Positions 1-10,028 of a stretch of 32,000 nt of DNA are shown here, in pieces. Position 1 is the first letter of the stretch. Each line of letters begins with the position of its first letter. Where the stretch lies: positions 5,826-37,825 of the forward strand of contig NZ_PGGB02000013.1 in NCBI RefSeq assembly GCF_002803295.2, given 5' to 3'. The notes beneath the pieces were generated by a model that saw only the letters and a list, made by a program, of their open reading frames with translations, was not told the origin of the DNA and made no database searches. The translations under genes and the position numbers were made by a program. Source of the stretch: Caedibacter taeniospiralis. Its GTDB lineage: Bacteria; Pseudomonadota; Gammaproteobacteria; Francisellales; Francisellaceae.

Positions 1-1
1 A

Positions 2-805
2 GATAATGGTCTGAAGGAAAGTGAGATTAGTATTGCCGATAAAGTCATTGAAGATATTATTCGTTACTATACGCGTGAAGCGGGTGTACGTCGTTTGCAG
101 CAAGAGCTCAACAAGCTGTGTCGCAAAGCAGTGAAGCACATCTTACTGACCAAAGATGGCAAGAAGGTTTCCATTAATAGTAAGAATCTTGAGAAATATC
201 TAGGTGTCAGGCGTTATGATTTTGGCTTGGTGCAACAGCAGGATAAGGTGGGACAGGTCACGGGTCTTGCGTGGACGGAAGTCGGAGGAGATTTATTGAC
301 TATCGAGGCAGTTGCAACGATTGGCAAGGGCAAGCTTAAGACCACAGGAAAACTGGGGGATGTGATGCAGGAGTCTATCCATGCGGCTTTAACCGTTGTG
401 CGAACCATTGCAAAGAACTACGGCATTGAAGATGATTTTTATGAGAAAAAAGATTTTCATATCCATGTGCCAGAAGGGGCTACTCCTAAGGATGGACCAA
501 GTGCAGGGGTTGCGATGTGCACAGCGGTACTGTCATCATTGACGAGTATTCCAGTCAGAAGAGATGTTGCGATGACAGGCGAGATCACCTTGCGCGGCGA
601 TGTGCTACCCATTGGTGGCTTAAAAGAAAAATTATTGGCAGCACTTCGTGGTGAAATCAAGACTGTGTTAATTCCTTATGATAATAAAAAGGATTTGCAG
701 GAGATTCCGCAGAACGTTAAAGATGGCCTTGAAATTATTACCGTTAAGCGTATTGACGAGGTTTTAGAACGTGCTCTTTTGGTGAAAAAAGGCAGAAAAA
801 GTTAA
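2..805 (+). CDS. lon: Lon protease, C-terminal part (5' truncated by window edge)
   Basis: The frame is open from base 2 ([33 protein letters not shown]...). It contains the Lon proteolytic domain with the catalytic Ser motif [11 protein letters not shown], plus [23 protein letters not shown]. Followed by hupB as expected. Confidence 0.97.
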   Translation, partial: DNGLKESEISIADKVIEDIIRYYTREAGVRRLQQELNKLCRKAVKHILLTKDGKKVSINSKNLEKYLGVRRYDFGLVQQQDKVGQVTGLAWTEVGGDLLTIEAVATIGKGKLKTTGKLGDVMQESIHAALTVVRTIAKNYGIEDDFYEKKDFHIHVPEGATPKDGPSAGVAMCTAVLSSLTSIPVRRDVAMTGEITLRGDVLPIGGLKEKLLAALRGEIKTVLIPYDNKKDLQEIPQNVKDGLEIITVKRIDEVLERALLVKKGRKS

Positions 806-853
806 AAAAAACCAAAAAAACGTTAAAAAATCGCGAATTAGCAATAAACCGTG

Positions 854-882
854 TTGACGTGAGATAGCGCGCTTGCTATAAC
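854..882 (+). promoter_or_regulatory. Probable sigma70 promoter of hupB
   Basis: TTGACG (854-859), 17-nt spacer, TATAAC (877-882), upstream of the hupB GTG start at 951. Confidence 0.7.
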
Positions 883-950
883 TTAGGCGACTTAAGCGGC
901 AAGGCTTCGCTTAAATTAAGAGTTATTCAACAACGAAAGAGGAAAACATC

Positions 951-1223
951 GTGAATAAGAGTGAACTAGTAAAAGCAATCGCAGAAAAAGCTGATGTAAC
1001 GAAGGACGTCGCTCAGCGCACGTTAGATGCAACGACTGAAGCAGTAACGGAAGCATTAAAATCAGGTCAAACGGTCACTTTGGTTGGATTTGGTTCATTC
1101 CAGGTTCGTGACAGGGCTGCTCGTGAGGGTCGTAACCCTAAGACAGGTCAAAAGATGAAGATTAAAGCTTCTAAGTCCCCTTCATTTAAAGCGGGAAAAT
1201 TATTGAAAGACGCAGTGAACTAA
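951..1223 (+). CDS. hupB: DNA-binding protein HU-beta
   Basis: 90 aa HU-family protein ([27 protein letters not shown]...[26 protein letters not shown]). GTG start preceded by GAAAGAGGA. Confidence 0.97.
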   Translation: MNKSELVKAIAEKADVTKDVAQRTLDATTEAVTEALKSGQTVTLVGFGSFQVRDRAAREGRNPKTGQKMKIKASKSPSFKAGKLLKDAVN

Positions 1224-1244
1224 TATATAGTTTCGCACTCGTGG

Positions 1245-1321
1245 AAGTGCTTGGCTTAACTGCGAGAGCATCGCCCTTGCAGGGCGATGGGTCGGCGGTT
1301 CGACCCCCCGAGCACCCACCA
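1245..1321 (+). tRNA. Degenerate tRNA-like sequence, anticodon position TGC (nominally Ala), body tRNA-Val-like; possible tRNA pseudogene
   Basis: Cloverleaf order is present: acceptor AAGTGCT/AGCACCC (5 of 7 pairs), D-arm GGCTT...AGAGC, anticodon arm TCGCC-CTTGCAG-GGCGA, GGCGG-TTCGACC-CCCCG with only 3 of 5 T-stem pairs, and encoded CCA. The D-loop AACTGCGA lacks the usual GG. Confidence 0.5.
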
Positions 1322-1331
1322 CACATTTAAA

Positions 1332-1357
1332 GGCATGTTTCAAGCATGCCTTTTTTA
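1332..1357 (+). terminator. Rho-independent terminator after hupB/tRNA-like locus
   Basis: GGCATG-TTTCAAG-CATGCC hairpin followed by TTTTTTATTTT. Confidence 0.75.
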
Positions 1358-1432
1358 TTTTCGCTCCAGCATCTGCCATGCTAAGATGCGGCGACTTGGT
1401 TTAAGCTTAATGGAAACGGGTAGTGGCGTCAT

Positions 1433-3163
1433 ATGTTACAGTTGATAAATGACAAATTTAAAGGTTGGGTTACGTGGATCATTATCATCGCGGTAAGTGC
1501 CGTATTTGTACTAACAGGGATCAGTTATTTTTTTGTATCAAGTGGTGTGTCAGCTCAATCAGTGGCTAAAGTAGGTGATGTGCAGATTTCACAAAATAGT
1601 TATCAGCAGGCACTATCGCAGAACATACAGGTGCAACCTTCGCTGGGTCAAAAAACTTTGCAGCAAAAAACCCTGGATCAGCTTGTTGATCAAACGCTTT
1701 TGCAGCAGGATGCTAAAGCATCACATATTGTGGTTACAAACTCAGCAGTGTCCTCTGCGATTTTCCAAAACCCTGCATTTACTGAAAATGGTCAGTACTC
1801 AGCAAAACGCTTTGATGAGCTTGCCAAACTTTATGGTAGTGCCTCAAGTATTAAAGCGCTCATTGCAAATAATATACTCATCTCAAGCATTGTTACTCCT
1901 GTAATGCAAAGTCAGTTTGTATTGTCAAATGAGCGCAAAACCTTAAGCGCACTCATGGGGCAAAAACGTGAAATCAGCTACTATGAGTTTGCAGCAAGTG
2001 ACTATGCTAAAAAATTAAAACCCACAGAAAAAGAGCTTGAGGCTTATTATGATCAGCATAAAGCGCAATATGAACAACTTGAGCAGGCGATCATCTCTTA
2101 TGTGAAACTCTCATCACAAGACTTTGTCACGAACGAGGTTTTGTCGCAAGATGACATCAATAGCTATTACCAGGCTAATAAAGACGCGCTCATGAGTCCA
2201 GAGTTAAGATCAGGTGAGGTAATCAGTGTTAAGAAAGATGCAAAAAATCGCAATGCCATCATTGAGAGACTTAAAGCGAACCAGGAATTAACGCCAGATG
2301 AGTTAAAAGGAGTTAATATTGAAGCAATCAAACCCTTATCACCATCTCAGGCTTCAAGCTTTACGCAATTCGCATTGTTTAACTTAACGATGGAGTTGCC
2401 TATCAAAGAAACTTCTGATAATGAATTTGTGAAATTGACGAAAATTACGCCTCCAGCACCCATGGCATTGAATGATGCGAAACCAGTCATTGAAAAAATT
2501 CTCAAAAATCGTGCGGCACTGACCAGGTTTAATGAGGTGTTGACGAGTATTAACAGCAATAGTTTTGATCAGGTAGTAAAAACGAACAAGCTTAAAGTTA
2601 ATGTGACTAAAGCCTTTGACAAAAATACCATGGATTCAGGTGTTGAAGGCAATGCAAAGTTGCAGGAAGCGGTATTTGATCAGCATAAAACGCAAGGTTT
2701 TATCGCGCAAGGTCAAACGGATGGCTTGATCTATAAGGTGGATAAAATCATTCCTAAGCATACTTTGTCTTTTGTTGAAGTTAAAGACAAAATTAAGGCA
2801 GCCTATGTTGATGAAAAGTCATTGAGTCTTGCCAAAGAACATGCTGATCAGGCGCTACAGACTTTACAAAAAGGTAAGACGCTGACCGCTGTAAAAGCAA
2901 AAACAGAGGAAATTACACGGGGCGACTTTGCCTTAGATTCTACGTTGAAAACGGCAATATTTAGTTATGCTCCAAAAGTCTATCAGCTGGCGCAAAATGG
3001 TCAGGCATATTGGGTTTACGAGGTCACAAAAGTGATAGACGGAAGCGATCAGCTACCAGCGCAGGTTTTGCAAAATAACTATACCAATGCTGAGCTTAAT
3101 GATTATCTGGTTGCACTTAAAAAACAATATCCCATTGAGATCAATCATCAATTGATTCAGTAA
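1433..3163 (+). CDS. ppiD: PpiD-like periplasmic chaperone (SurA_N-type), single N-terminal membrane anchor
   Basis: N-terminal MLQLINDKFKGWVTWIIIIAVSAVFVLTGISYFF anchor. hupB-ppiD gene order. SurA/PpiD N-domain features such as LDQLVDQTLL. Confidence 0.85.
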   Translation: MLQLINDKFKGWVTWIIIIAVSAVFVLTGISYFFVSSGVSAQSVAKVGDVQISQNSYQQALSQNIQVQPSLGQKTLQQKTLDQLVDQTLLQQDAKASHIVVTNSAVSSAIFQNPAFTENGQYSAKRFDELAKLYGSASSIKALIANNILISSIVTPVMQSQFVLSNERKTLSALMGQKREISYYEFAASDYAKKLKPTEKELEAYYDQHKAQYEQLEQAIISYVKLSSQDFVTNEVLSQDDINSYYQANKDALMSPELRSGEVISVKKDAKNRNAIIERLKANQELTPDELKGVNIEAIKPLSPSQASSFTQFALFNLTMELPIKETSDNEFVKLTKITPPAPMALNDAKPVIEKILKNRAALTRFNEVLTSINSNSFDQVVKTNKLKVNVTKAFDKNTMDSGVEGNAKLQEAVFDQHKTQGFIAQGQTDGLIYKVDKIIPKHTLSFVEVKDKIKAAYVDEKSLSLAKEHADQALQTLQKGKTLTAVKAKTEEITRGDFALDSTLKTAIFSYAPKVYQLAQNGQAYWVYEVTKVIDGSDQLPAQVLQNNYTNAELNDYLVALKKQYPIEINHQLIQ

Positions 3164-3176
3164 TTGTTTTTCTTTC

Positions 3177-4115
3177 ATGAATTCATTTTCTAAAGATATC
3201 TACGCTTTGGCAGGACCTACTGCCTCAGGTAAAACCGCATTATCGATTGAATTAGCTAAAAAGATGAATGCCGAAATTATCAGCGTTGATTCGGCTTTGA
3301 TCTACAAACGACTGAATATTGGCTCGGCTAAGCCCACCGTACTGGAGATGGATGGCGTTACCCATTACCTGATTGATATTATCGAGCCCTGGTTAGCTTA
3401 TTCAGTGAATGATTTTTTGGTTGATGCTAAAAGATTAATCACAGAGATTCATGCGCAAGGCAAAGAAGTCCTGTTAGTCGGTGGCACGATGATGTATTTC
3501 AAGGCGCTGCAAGAAGGAATTTCCAGGCTACCAGAGGCTGACGAAGCTGTAAGGATGCAGATAAAGCAAAGGTCTTTGGAATACTGGTATCAGTTTTTGC
3601 AACAGCAGGATCCTAAAACTGCGGTAAAACTTAATCCTAATGATCGGCAGCGCATTGAGCGCGCGACAGAGGTGATATTGCTAACTGGGAAAGCTTATTC
3701 CAAGATGGTGGTACAAAATGCAAAAGAGGGTGGCTTAGGAGATTCACTCAAGCTTTGTGCGTTAGTACCAAGGGATCGTAAAGCTCTCCACCAGCTGATT
3801 GAAAAACGCTTTTTGAGCATGCTTGAAAAAGGTTTTTTAGATGAAGTTCGTGGGTTAAAGCAGCTCAAGAATATGCACGCTGATTTGCCATCCATGCGTA
3901 GTGTGGGTTATCGTCAGGCCTGGCAGTATCTTAATGGTGAGTATGACTATCATGAATTTGTAGCTAAAGGGGTAGCAGCGACACGTCAGCTCGCCAAAAG
4001 GCAGCTAACCTGGATTCGCAATTGGCATAAGCCAATTTACCTGGTTGATGCCAATCAAAATTCTCAAATGAAGTTTGATCAGATTAAGGTGTTCTTCGAT
4101 TGGGAGAGCTTTTAG
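3177..4115 (+). CDS. miaA: tRNA dimethylallyltransferase
   Basis: P-loop LAGPTASGKTALSIELA, EIISVDSALIYKRLNIGSAKP, and SMRSVGYRQAWQYL. Confidence 0.97.
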   Translation: MNSFSKDIYALAGPTASGKTALSIELAKKMNAEIISVDSALIYKRLNIGSAKPTVLEMDGVTHYLIDIIEPWLAYSVNDFLVDAKRLITEIHAQGKEVLLVGGTMMYFKALQEGISRLPEADEAVRMQIKQRSLEYWYQFLQQQDPKTAVKLNPNDRQRIERATEVILLTGKAYSKMVVQNAKEGGLGDSLKLCALVPRDRKALHQLIEKRFLSMLEKGFLDEVRGLKQLKNMHADLPSMRSVGYRQAWQYLNGEYDYHEFVAKGVAATRQLAKRQLTWIRNWHKPIYLVDANQNSQMKFDQIKVFFDWESF

Positions 4116-4225
4116 GATGAGGCTTGCAATATAAGTTCAATTGGTAAGATGCTTTGTAGGTTTTATGCTGTACATTTATATCAAATTCTTGGATCATATC
4201 TGGCGTTTAAACAGCAAGATAATAA

Positions 4226-5257
<1,032 letters not shown>

Positions 5258-5278
5258 AACAAACCTCAAGGAGTTGCA

Positions 5279-6541
5279 GTGATCAAACGAATAACTGCGT
5301 TAGCAAGCGTGTTATTATTATCTGGTTGTAGTGCGATTAATCAATTCTTCAATGCCAAGCAGCAAAGTGCCCCAGTTAAAAATATGCCGATACAACAAAC
5401 GTATTATACGGTTCAAACAGGGGATACTTTGTATGAGTTATCGCGCCGATTTAATGTTACAGAGCGCACACTCATTTTATGGAATCATTTGAAGTCTCCT
5501 TTTGTATTAAACCCTGGGAAAACCGTTCGAGTGGGTCCGTTGCCTGGTGAGAAAATTTCACGTGATGGTTATGTTTACACCTATCAAACAGGCAATGCAA
5601 TGTATACGAAAGAAGCTGCCAGCGCGAGGGGCTTCAGTGATCAAGCAAAAATATCGGCATATATTGAGCGTGATAATAATTTGCCAATGGTTGATCCTAA
5701 TGCTGCTCCTGTAGGGGGGCAGGCAGTGCCAATTCCAGTACCAGACAAGGAGGTTGATCTTCACAACTTGGCACAGCAAAGCGATAGTGCTGCGCCGGCC
5801 CATCGAATTCAAAAGAGTACGACAGGATACTACACGGTACAAAGTGGTGATTCACTGCTTGAAATTGCTCAGGCAAATGAAGTGAGTTTCTCCGATCTGC
5901 AAGCATGGAATGATATTAAAGAACCCAGTGTACTTTATGTGGGTAAGCGTCTGCGTGTCAGGGCTCCAGTTAAGGAAACTAAAGGATTATCAGTAGCAGT
6001 ACCAACGCCAGCAATGCTGAAGCCTGTAAACCTAAAACAGGAAAATAGTGCCTTAACAAAAGCGCCTCCAGAGACACAGAAAAACACCACAAAAGCTGTA
6101 TCTGTAGCTAATAGATCAGATACTAATGTAACGGAAAAAGCTTCCATTACGGATAAAACGATTCCTTTGGGTCAAACAGTTGCTGGAATTTCCTGGAAAT
6201 GGCCATTGAAAATGATTGGTGACTTTGGCAAAGAAGGTGTTGACAATGAGCATGAGCTTGAAGTACCGGTCAATACCCCAGTGTATGCAGCAGCAAATGG
6301 TGATGTGCTTTACGCAGGGGTGGGCATGGGGGGCTACGGTAAGATGGTGATTATTAATCACAAAGACGGCTACATCTCAGCATACAATAATCTTTTAGAT
6401 ATTAGTGTTGATGAATCTCAGGGTGTCAGTCAAGGGCAAGCCATAGGCGTTGTCGGTAAGTTTAATGGGAAAAGTGTCTTGGGATTCGAAATCAGACAAG
6501 AGGGTAAAGTGCAAAAACTTTCTGATTTTTATACGTTTTAA
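5279..6541 (+). CDS. nlpD: NlpD-like lipoprotein with two LysM domains and a (degenerate) LytM/M23 domain
   Basis: Lipobox LLSGC, LysM motifs YYTVQTGDTLYELSRRFNV and YYTVQSGDSLLEIAQANEV, and a C-terminal LytM fold region VYAAANGDVLYAGVGMGGYGKMVIINHKDGYISAYNN. Confidence 0.85.
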   Translation: MIKRITALASVLLLSGCSAINQFFNAKQQSAPVKNMPIQQTYYTVQTGDTLYELSRRFNVTERTLILWNHLKSPFVLNPGKTVRVGPLPGEKISRDGYVYTYQTGNAMYTKEAASARGFSDQAKISAYIERDNNLPMVDPNAAPVGGQAVPIPVPDKEVDLHNLAQQSDSAAPAHRIQKSTTGYYTVQSGDSLLEIAQANEVSFSDLQAWNDIKEPSVLYVGKRLRVRAPVKETKGLSVAVPTPAMLKPVNLKQENSALTKAPPETQKNTTKAVSVANRSDTNVTEKASITDKTIPLGQTVAGISWKWPLKMIGDFGKEGVDNEHELEVPVNTPVYAAANGDVLYAGVGMGGYGKMVIINHKDGYISAYNNLLDISVDESQGVSQGQAIGVVGKFNGKSVLGFEIRQEGKVQKLSDFYTF

Positions 6542-6621
6542 TGATGGGTTATGACTTATACTCACTGGCTCTCATGTTGCATAGCCAAGGTCTGAAAATT
6601 ATCATTATTGGATGAAAATTT

Positions 6622-6746
6622 GGGCTCCGACCATCTTCCCGCCCACTGTCACCCTGTGCGAGGTTGCAGGAGTCATTTAAAAGCTGGATTCCCGCCTTCG
6701 CGGGAATGACCGTGACTTTTGTTTGGGCGGAAAATTTGCCTAAGCC
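6622..6746. repeat. Intergenic palindromic element (copy A)
   Basis: GGGCTCCGACCATCTTCCCGCCC ... ATTCCCGC-CTTC-GCGGGAAT ... GTTTGGGCGGAAAATTTGCCTAAG. It shares sequence with 23907-23996 and 20155-20280. Confidence 0.8.
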
Positions 6747-6763
6747 AAAATTTGATTATGTAG

Positions 6764-6782
6764 GGGCGTATTGCATACGCCC
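6764..6782. repeat. Perfect inverted repeat GGGCGTAT-TGC-ATACGCCC
   Basis: 8-bp arms with a 3-nt loop, in the intergenic region just after copy A. Confidence 0.8.
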
Positions 6783-6835
6783 ATCCGGAAAGAAGCGGGG
6801 TAAATAAAAATAAAGAAACGCAAGGAGCTAGGTGC

Positions 6836-8215
6836 ATGAAAACGCGTAAAGAAACTGACAGCATGGGAGAGATTGAGGTTGATAATAGCAAATATTGGGG
6901 GGCGCAAACCGAGCGCTCCTTAGTCTATTTTTCTATTGGCAAGGAACGTATTCCCCACGAAGTTATCAAGGCGCTTGCTATCATAAAAAAAGCCTCAGCA
7001 ATGGCAAATGCTGATCTGGGTATTTTGCCTGAGAATAAAAAGATCTTAATCACTCAAGCAGCCGATGAAGTTATTGAGGGTGAGCATGAGGATCAGTTTC
7101 CGCTTCATGTATGGATGACTGGCAGTGGCACGCAGTCTAACATGAATGTCAATGAAGTCATTGCTAATCGGGCGATTGAAATCGCTGGAGGTACCTTAGG
7201 CAGTAAAAATCCAATCCACCCAAATGACCATGTGAATATGTCGCAATCCTCTAACGACACCTTCCCAACGGCGATGTATGTCGCCGCAGCGATTGGTCTG
7301 AAAAAAACCTTAATCCCTGCAATCAATTTGATGTATGAAGGGCTTAACAAGAAAGCCAAAGAATGGGAAAAAATCGTTAAAATTGGGCGCACGCATATGC
7401 AGGATGCGGTGCCCCTGACCTTGGGGCAAGAGTTTTCAGGTTACGCTGAGCTGTTACATCAAAATATTAAGCGCTTAGAGTATGCACTTTTAGATGTCTA
7501 TCAACTAGCCATGGGTGGTACAGCAGTGGGGACGGGGTTAAATGCACCAAAAGGATTTGCAGAAAAAGCATGTCAGCATATTGCTAAGATGACTGGTCTG
7601 CCTTTTGTGTCAGCTCAGAATAAATTTGCCGTACAAGGTTCACACGATGCGCTTGTTGCGATGATGGGACAAATTAAGGTGTTGGCAAATTCATTATTTA
7701 AAATCGCTAATGATATTCGCCTCTTAAGCTGTGGTCCTCGAGCTGGCTTTTATGAGTTGTTGATCCCCTCCAATGAGCCAGGCTCATCGATTATGCCAGG
7801 CAAAGTGAATCCTACTCAGTGCGAGGCGATAACTATGGCATGTGTGCAAGTCTTTGGACTAGAGCTTGCGGTGAGTATTGGAGGGAGCGCTGGTTATTTA
7901 GAGATGAACGTTTATAAGCCGATGATCATTTATAATATTTTGCAGTCGATTACACTTCTAGCTGATAGTTCGATTAACTTCACCCGATTCTTGTTAGAGG
8001 GCACCAGACCAAATAAGAAAAAAATCGATGAATATCTGCATAATTCCTTAATGCTGGTGACTGCATTAAGCCCTGTCATTGGATATGATAAGGCATCACA
8101 ACTCGCGCATTATGCGGATGAGCACGATGCGTCACTAAGTGAAGCAAATAAGGTATTGAAGTTTTTATCACAACAGGAATTTGATCAAGTGGTTGATCCT
8201 TATAAGATGGTTTGA
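6836..8215 (+). CDS. fumC: Fumarate hydratase class II
   Basis: [22 protein letters not shown], and the signature [16 protein letters not shown]. Confidence 0.97.
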   Translation: MKTRKETDSMGEIEVDNSKYWGAQTERSLVYFSIGKERIPHEVIKALAIIKKASAMANADLGILPENKKILITQAADEVIEGEHEDQFPLHVWMTGSGTQSNMNVNEVIANRAIEIAGGTLGSKNPIHPNDHVNMSQSSNDTFPTAMYVAAAIGLKKTLIPAINLMYEGLNKKAKEWEKIVKIGRTHMQDAVPLTLGQEFSGYAELLHQNIKRLEYALLDVYQLAMGGTAVGTGLNAPKGFAEKACQHIAKMTGLPFVSAQNKFAVQGSHDALVAMMGQIKVLANSLFKIANDIRLLSCGPRAGFYELLIPSNEPGSSIMPGKVNPTQCEAITMACVQVFGLELAVSIGGSAGYLEMNVYKPMIIYNILQSITLLADSSINFTRFLLEGTRPNKKKIDEYLHNSLMLVTALSPVIGYDKASQLAHYADEHDASLSEANKVLKFLSQQEFDQVVDPYKMV

Positions 8216-8218
8216 GTT

Positions 8219-8356
8219 ATGAAAGAAAAAAGGAGTATTGTTGAGTCTGTAAACAAGCAAAAATATTTATTAAGTGACTGGCTGACTGAAGTGACTGAAG
8301 AAAACTTGCAATCCGAAGTCGATTTTGGTCGTGAGCTGGATAATGGAAAATGGTAA
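8219..8356 (+). pseudogene. Orphan 45-aa peptide resembling the C-terminal toxin-binding tail of a MazE-type antitoxin
   Basis: ATG 8219, TAA 8354-8356: MKEKRSIVESVNKQKYLLSDWLTEVTEENLQSEVDFGRELDNGKW. It resembles MazE C-termini (recalled from memory as ...[28 protein letters not shown]). There is no AbrB-like N-domain and no adjacent toxin. Confidence 0.6.
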
Positions 8357-9276
8357 CACGCACTTTATTCTATCTCTTTAAGTATTTTATATTTTCTACT
8401 GTTCTAATTTTTGGTGCTCTACAATTGAGATGGTTATATGCTAATAACTCTAAAGCATTTAGAGTGATCTCTTTATCACCCAATACCACTGCAATTATCC
8501 ATGATGTGATTGAACTCGCGCATAAAGCTAATGAGCAGAGTACTAAGCTTATTGGCAGCATCTATTATAGAGGGCAGCCTGCGTATTACCAAAACTATCA
8601 AAACATTGGGTCTTTTCAAGCACTGAATGTAGAGCGGATTTTAAGTCTTACCCCCGATTTGGTGATTTCTTGGCAAGGACAGACGCAACCGCAAACCATT
8701 GAAGTATTAAAGCACTTTGGAGTTAAAGTTGCGATTTTTAGCGCTAATGACTTAGTGCAATTAGCAGATTCCTTTGTTGAAATTGGGCAAGCAATACATC
8801 TTAAAAATGCGGGAAAACAATTGCAACAAAACTTTTTAACTACACTAGATAAAATAATCAAAGAAAGCACAAATAATGTAACAAGCATTGATGCAGAAAA
8901 GCCCAAAGTACTTCTGCAATTGGCAGAGAAGCCGATATTTGTCGCAGGTGGGCACAGTATTTTGAATGATATTATTATGCGTTGTGGCGGGGTTAGTATT
9001 TTCCAATCATTGAAGAAAGCGAGCTTTGAAACAGATATAAATGCAGTGCTAGAGAAAAATCCGGCTGTAATTATTATGATATCAGATTCAGATGGTTGGC
9101 GTAGGACATCGTCATCTATGTGGCAGCATTGGTCAAGTTTATCTGCGGTTAAAAATAAACATATTTTTCAATTAAGCTCAGATGGTATCTCGCAATTTTC
9201 CCCACAAATCCTCTCGGGGGTGAAAAATATTTGTGATATATTGAGTGCCGTCAATTCAGCGGCTATCAAAAAGTGA
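8350..9276 (+). CDS. BtuF-like periplasmic cobalamin/metal-chelate binding protein
   Basis: RVISLSPNTTAIIHDV... NVERILSLTPDLVISW... VFVAGGHSILNDIIMRCGG-type Peripla_BP_2 motifs. N-terminal hydrophobic segment. Confidence 0.8.
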   Translation: MVTRTLFYLFKYFIFSTVLIFGALQLRWLYANNSKAFRVISLSPNTTAIIHDVIELAHKANEQSTKLIGSIYYRGQPAYYQNYQNIGSFQALNVERILSLTPDLVISWQGQTQPQTIEVLKHFGVKVAIFSANDLVQLADSFVEIGQAIHLKNAGKQLQQNFLTTLDKIIKESTNNVTSIDAEKPKVLLQLAEKPIFVAGGHSILNDIIMRCGGVSIFQSLKKASFETDINAVLEKNPAVIIMISDSDGWRRTSSSMWQHWSSLSAVKNKHIFQLSSDGISQFSPQILSGVKNICDILSAVNSAAIKK

Positions 9277-9290
9277 CAGGAGGATAATAA

Positions 9291-10028
9291 ATGTTACATT
9301 GTGCTTTTTCTGGGGAATTATTGGGATGCCTTGTTCTGATATTATTGGGTGGCGGGGTGGTTGCTGGTGTTTTACTCAAACAGTCAAAAGCAGAAAATAG
9401 CGGCTGGATGGTTATTACCGCGGGTTGGGGATTTGCAGTGATGATGGCAGTGTTTGTGGCGCAAGCGGCAGGATCGCCACAAGCGGATATTAATCCTGCG
9501 GTAACCCTTGAGAAATACCTGCTAGGTGATATTTATTCATCTTTTCTGCAAGTGATTTGGTTATGGCTGGCTCAGGTTATTGGCTGCTTTTTAGGGGCTG
9601 TGCTGGTCTGGCTTGCCTACTATACTCATTGGCAATATACCGAAAACGCCCATTTTAAATTAATGATTTTTTCCACTTATCCAGCTATGCGCCATAAGGG
9701 CAGCAATTTTGTCACTGAACTTATTGCCACGACTTTGCTTATTGTGTTTGTTGGAGCATTGATCAGTTATGGCAACCAATTACCATTTGCTAATGGTTCA
9801 TTACCTTATGTCTTTGGTTTTGCCGTTTGGGGAATTGGTTTATCTTTAGGTGGTCCCACGGGTTACGCGATTAATCCCGCGCGTGATTTAGGACCCCGAA
9901 TTGCCCATGCCCTATTGCCAATTAAAGGCAAAGGTTCAAGTGACTGAAGTTACGCATGGGTCCCGATATTGGCACCCTTAGCAGGAGCAGTGATTGGGTT
10001 TGTATTAATTCGGCTTTTTATGTTTTAA
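9291..10028 (+). pseudogene. glpF: MIP family aquaporin / glycerol uptake facilitator, interrupted by an in-frame TGA at 9945-9947
   Basis: Both NPA boxes are present (DINPAV, AINPARDLGPR). After the TGA the same frame continues SYAWVPILAPLAGAVIGFVLIRLFMF*, which matches the family C-terminal helix. Confidence 0.8.

Noticed and set aside
6673-6891. 72-aa - strand ORF ending SHGHSREGGNPAFK
   Set aside because: The SREGGNPA-type C-terminus is the familiar translation of a palindromic ATTCCCGC repeat. It also overlaps the start of fumC.
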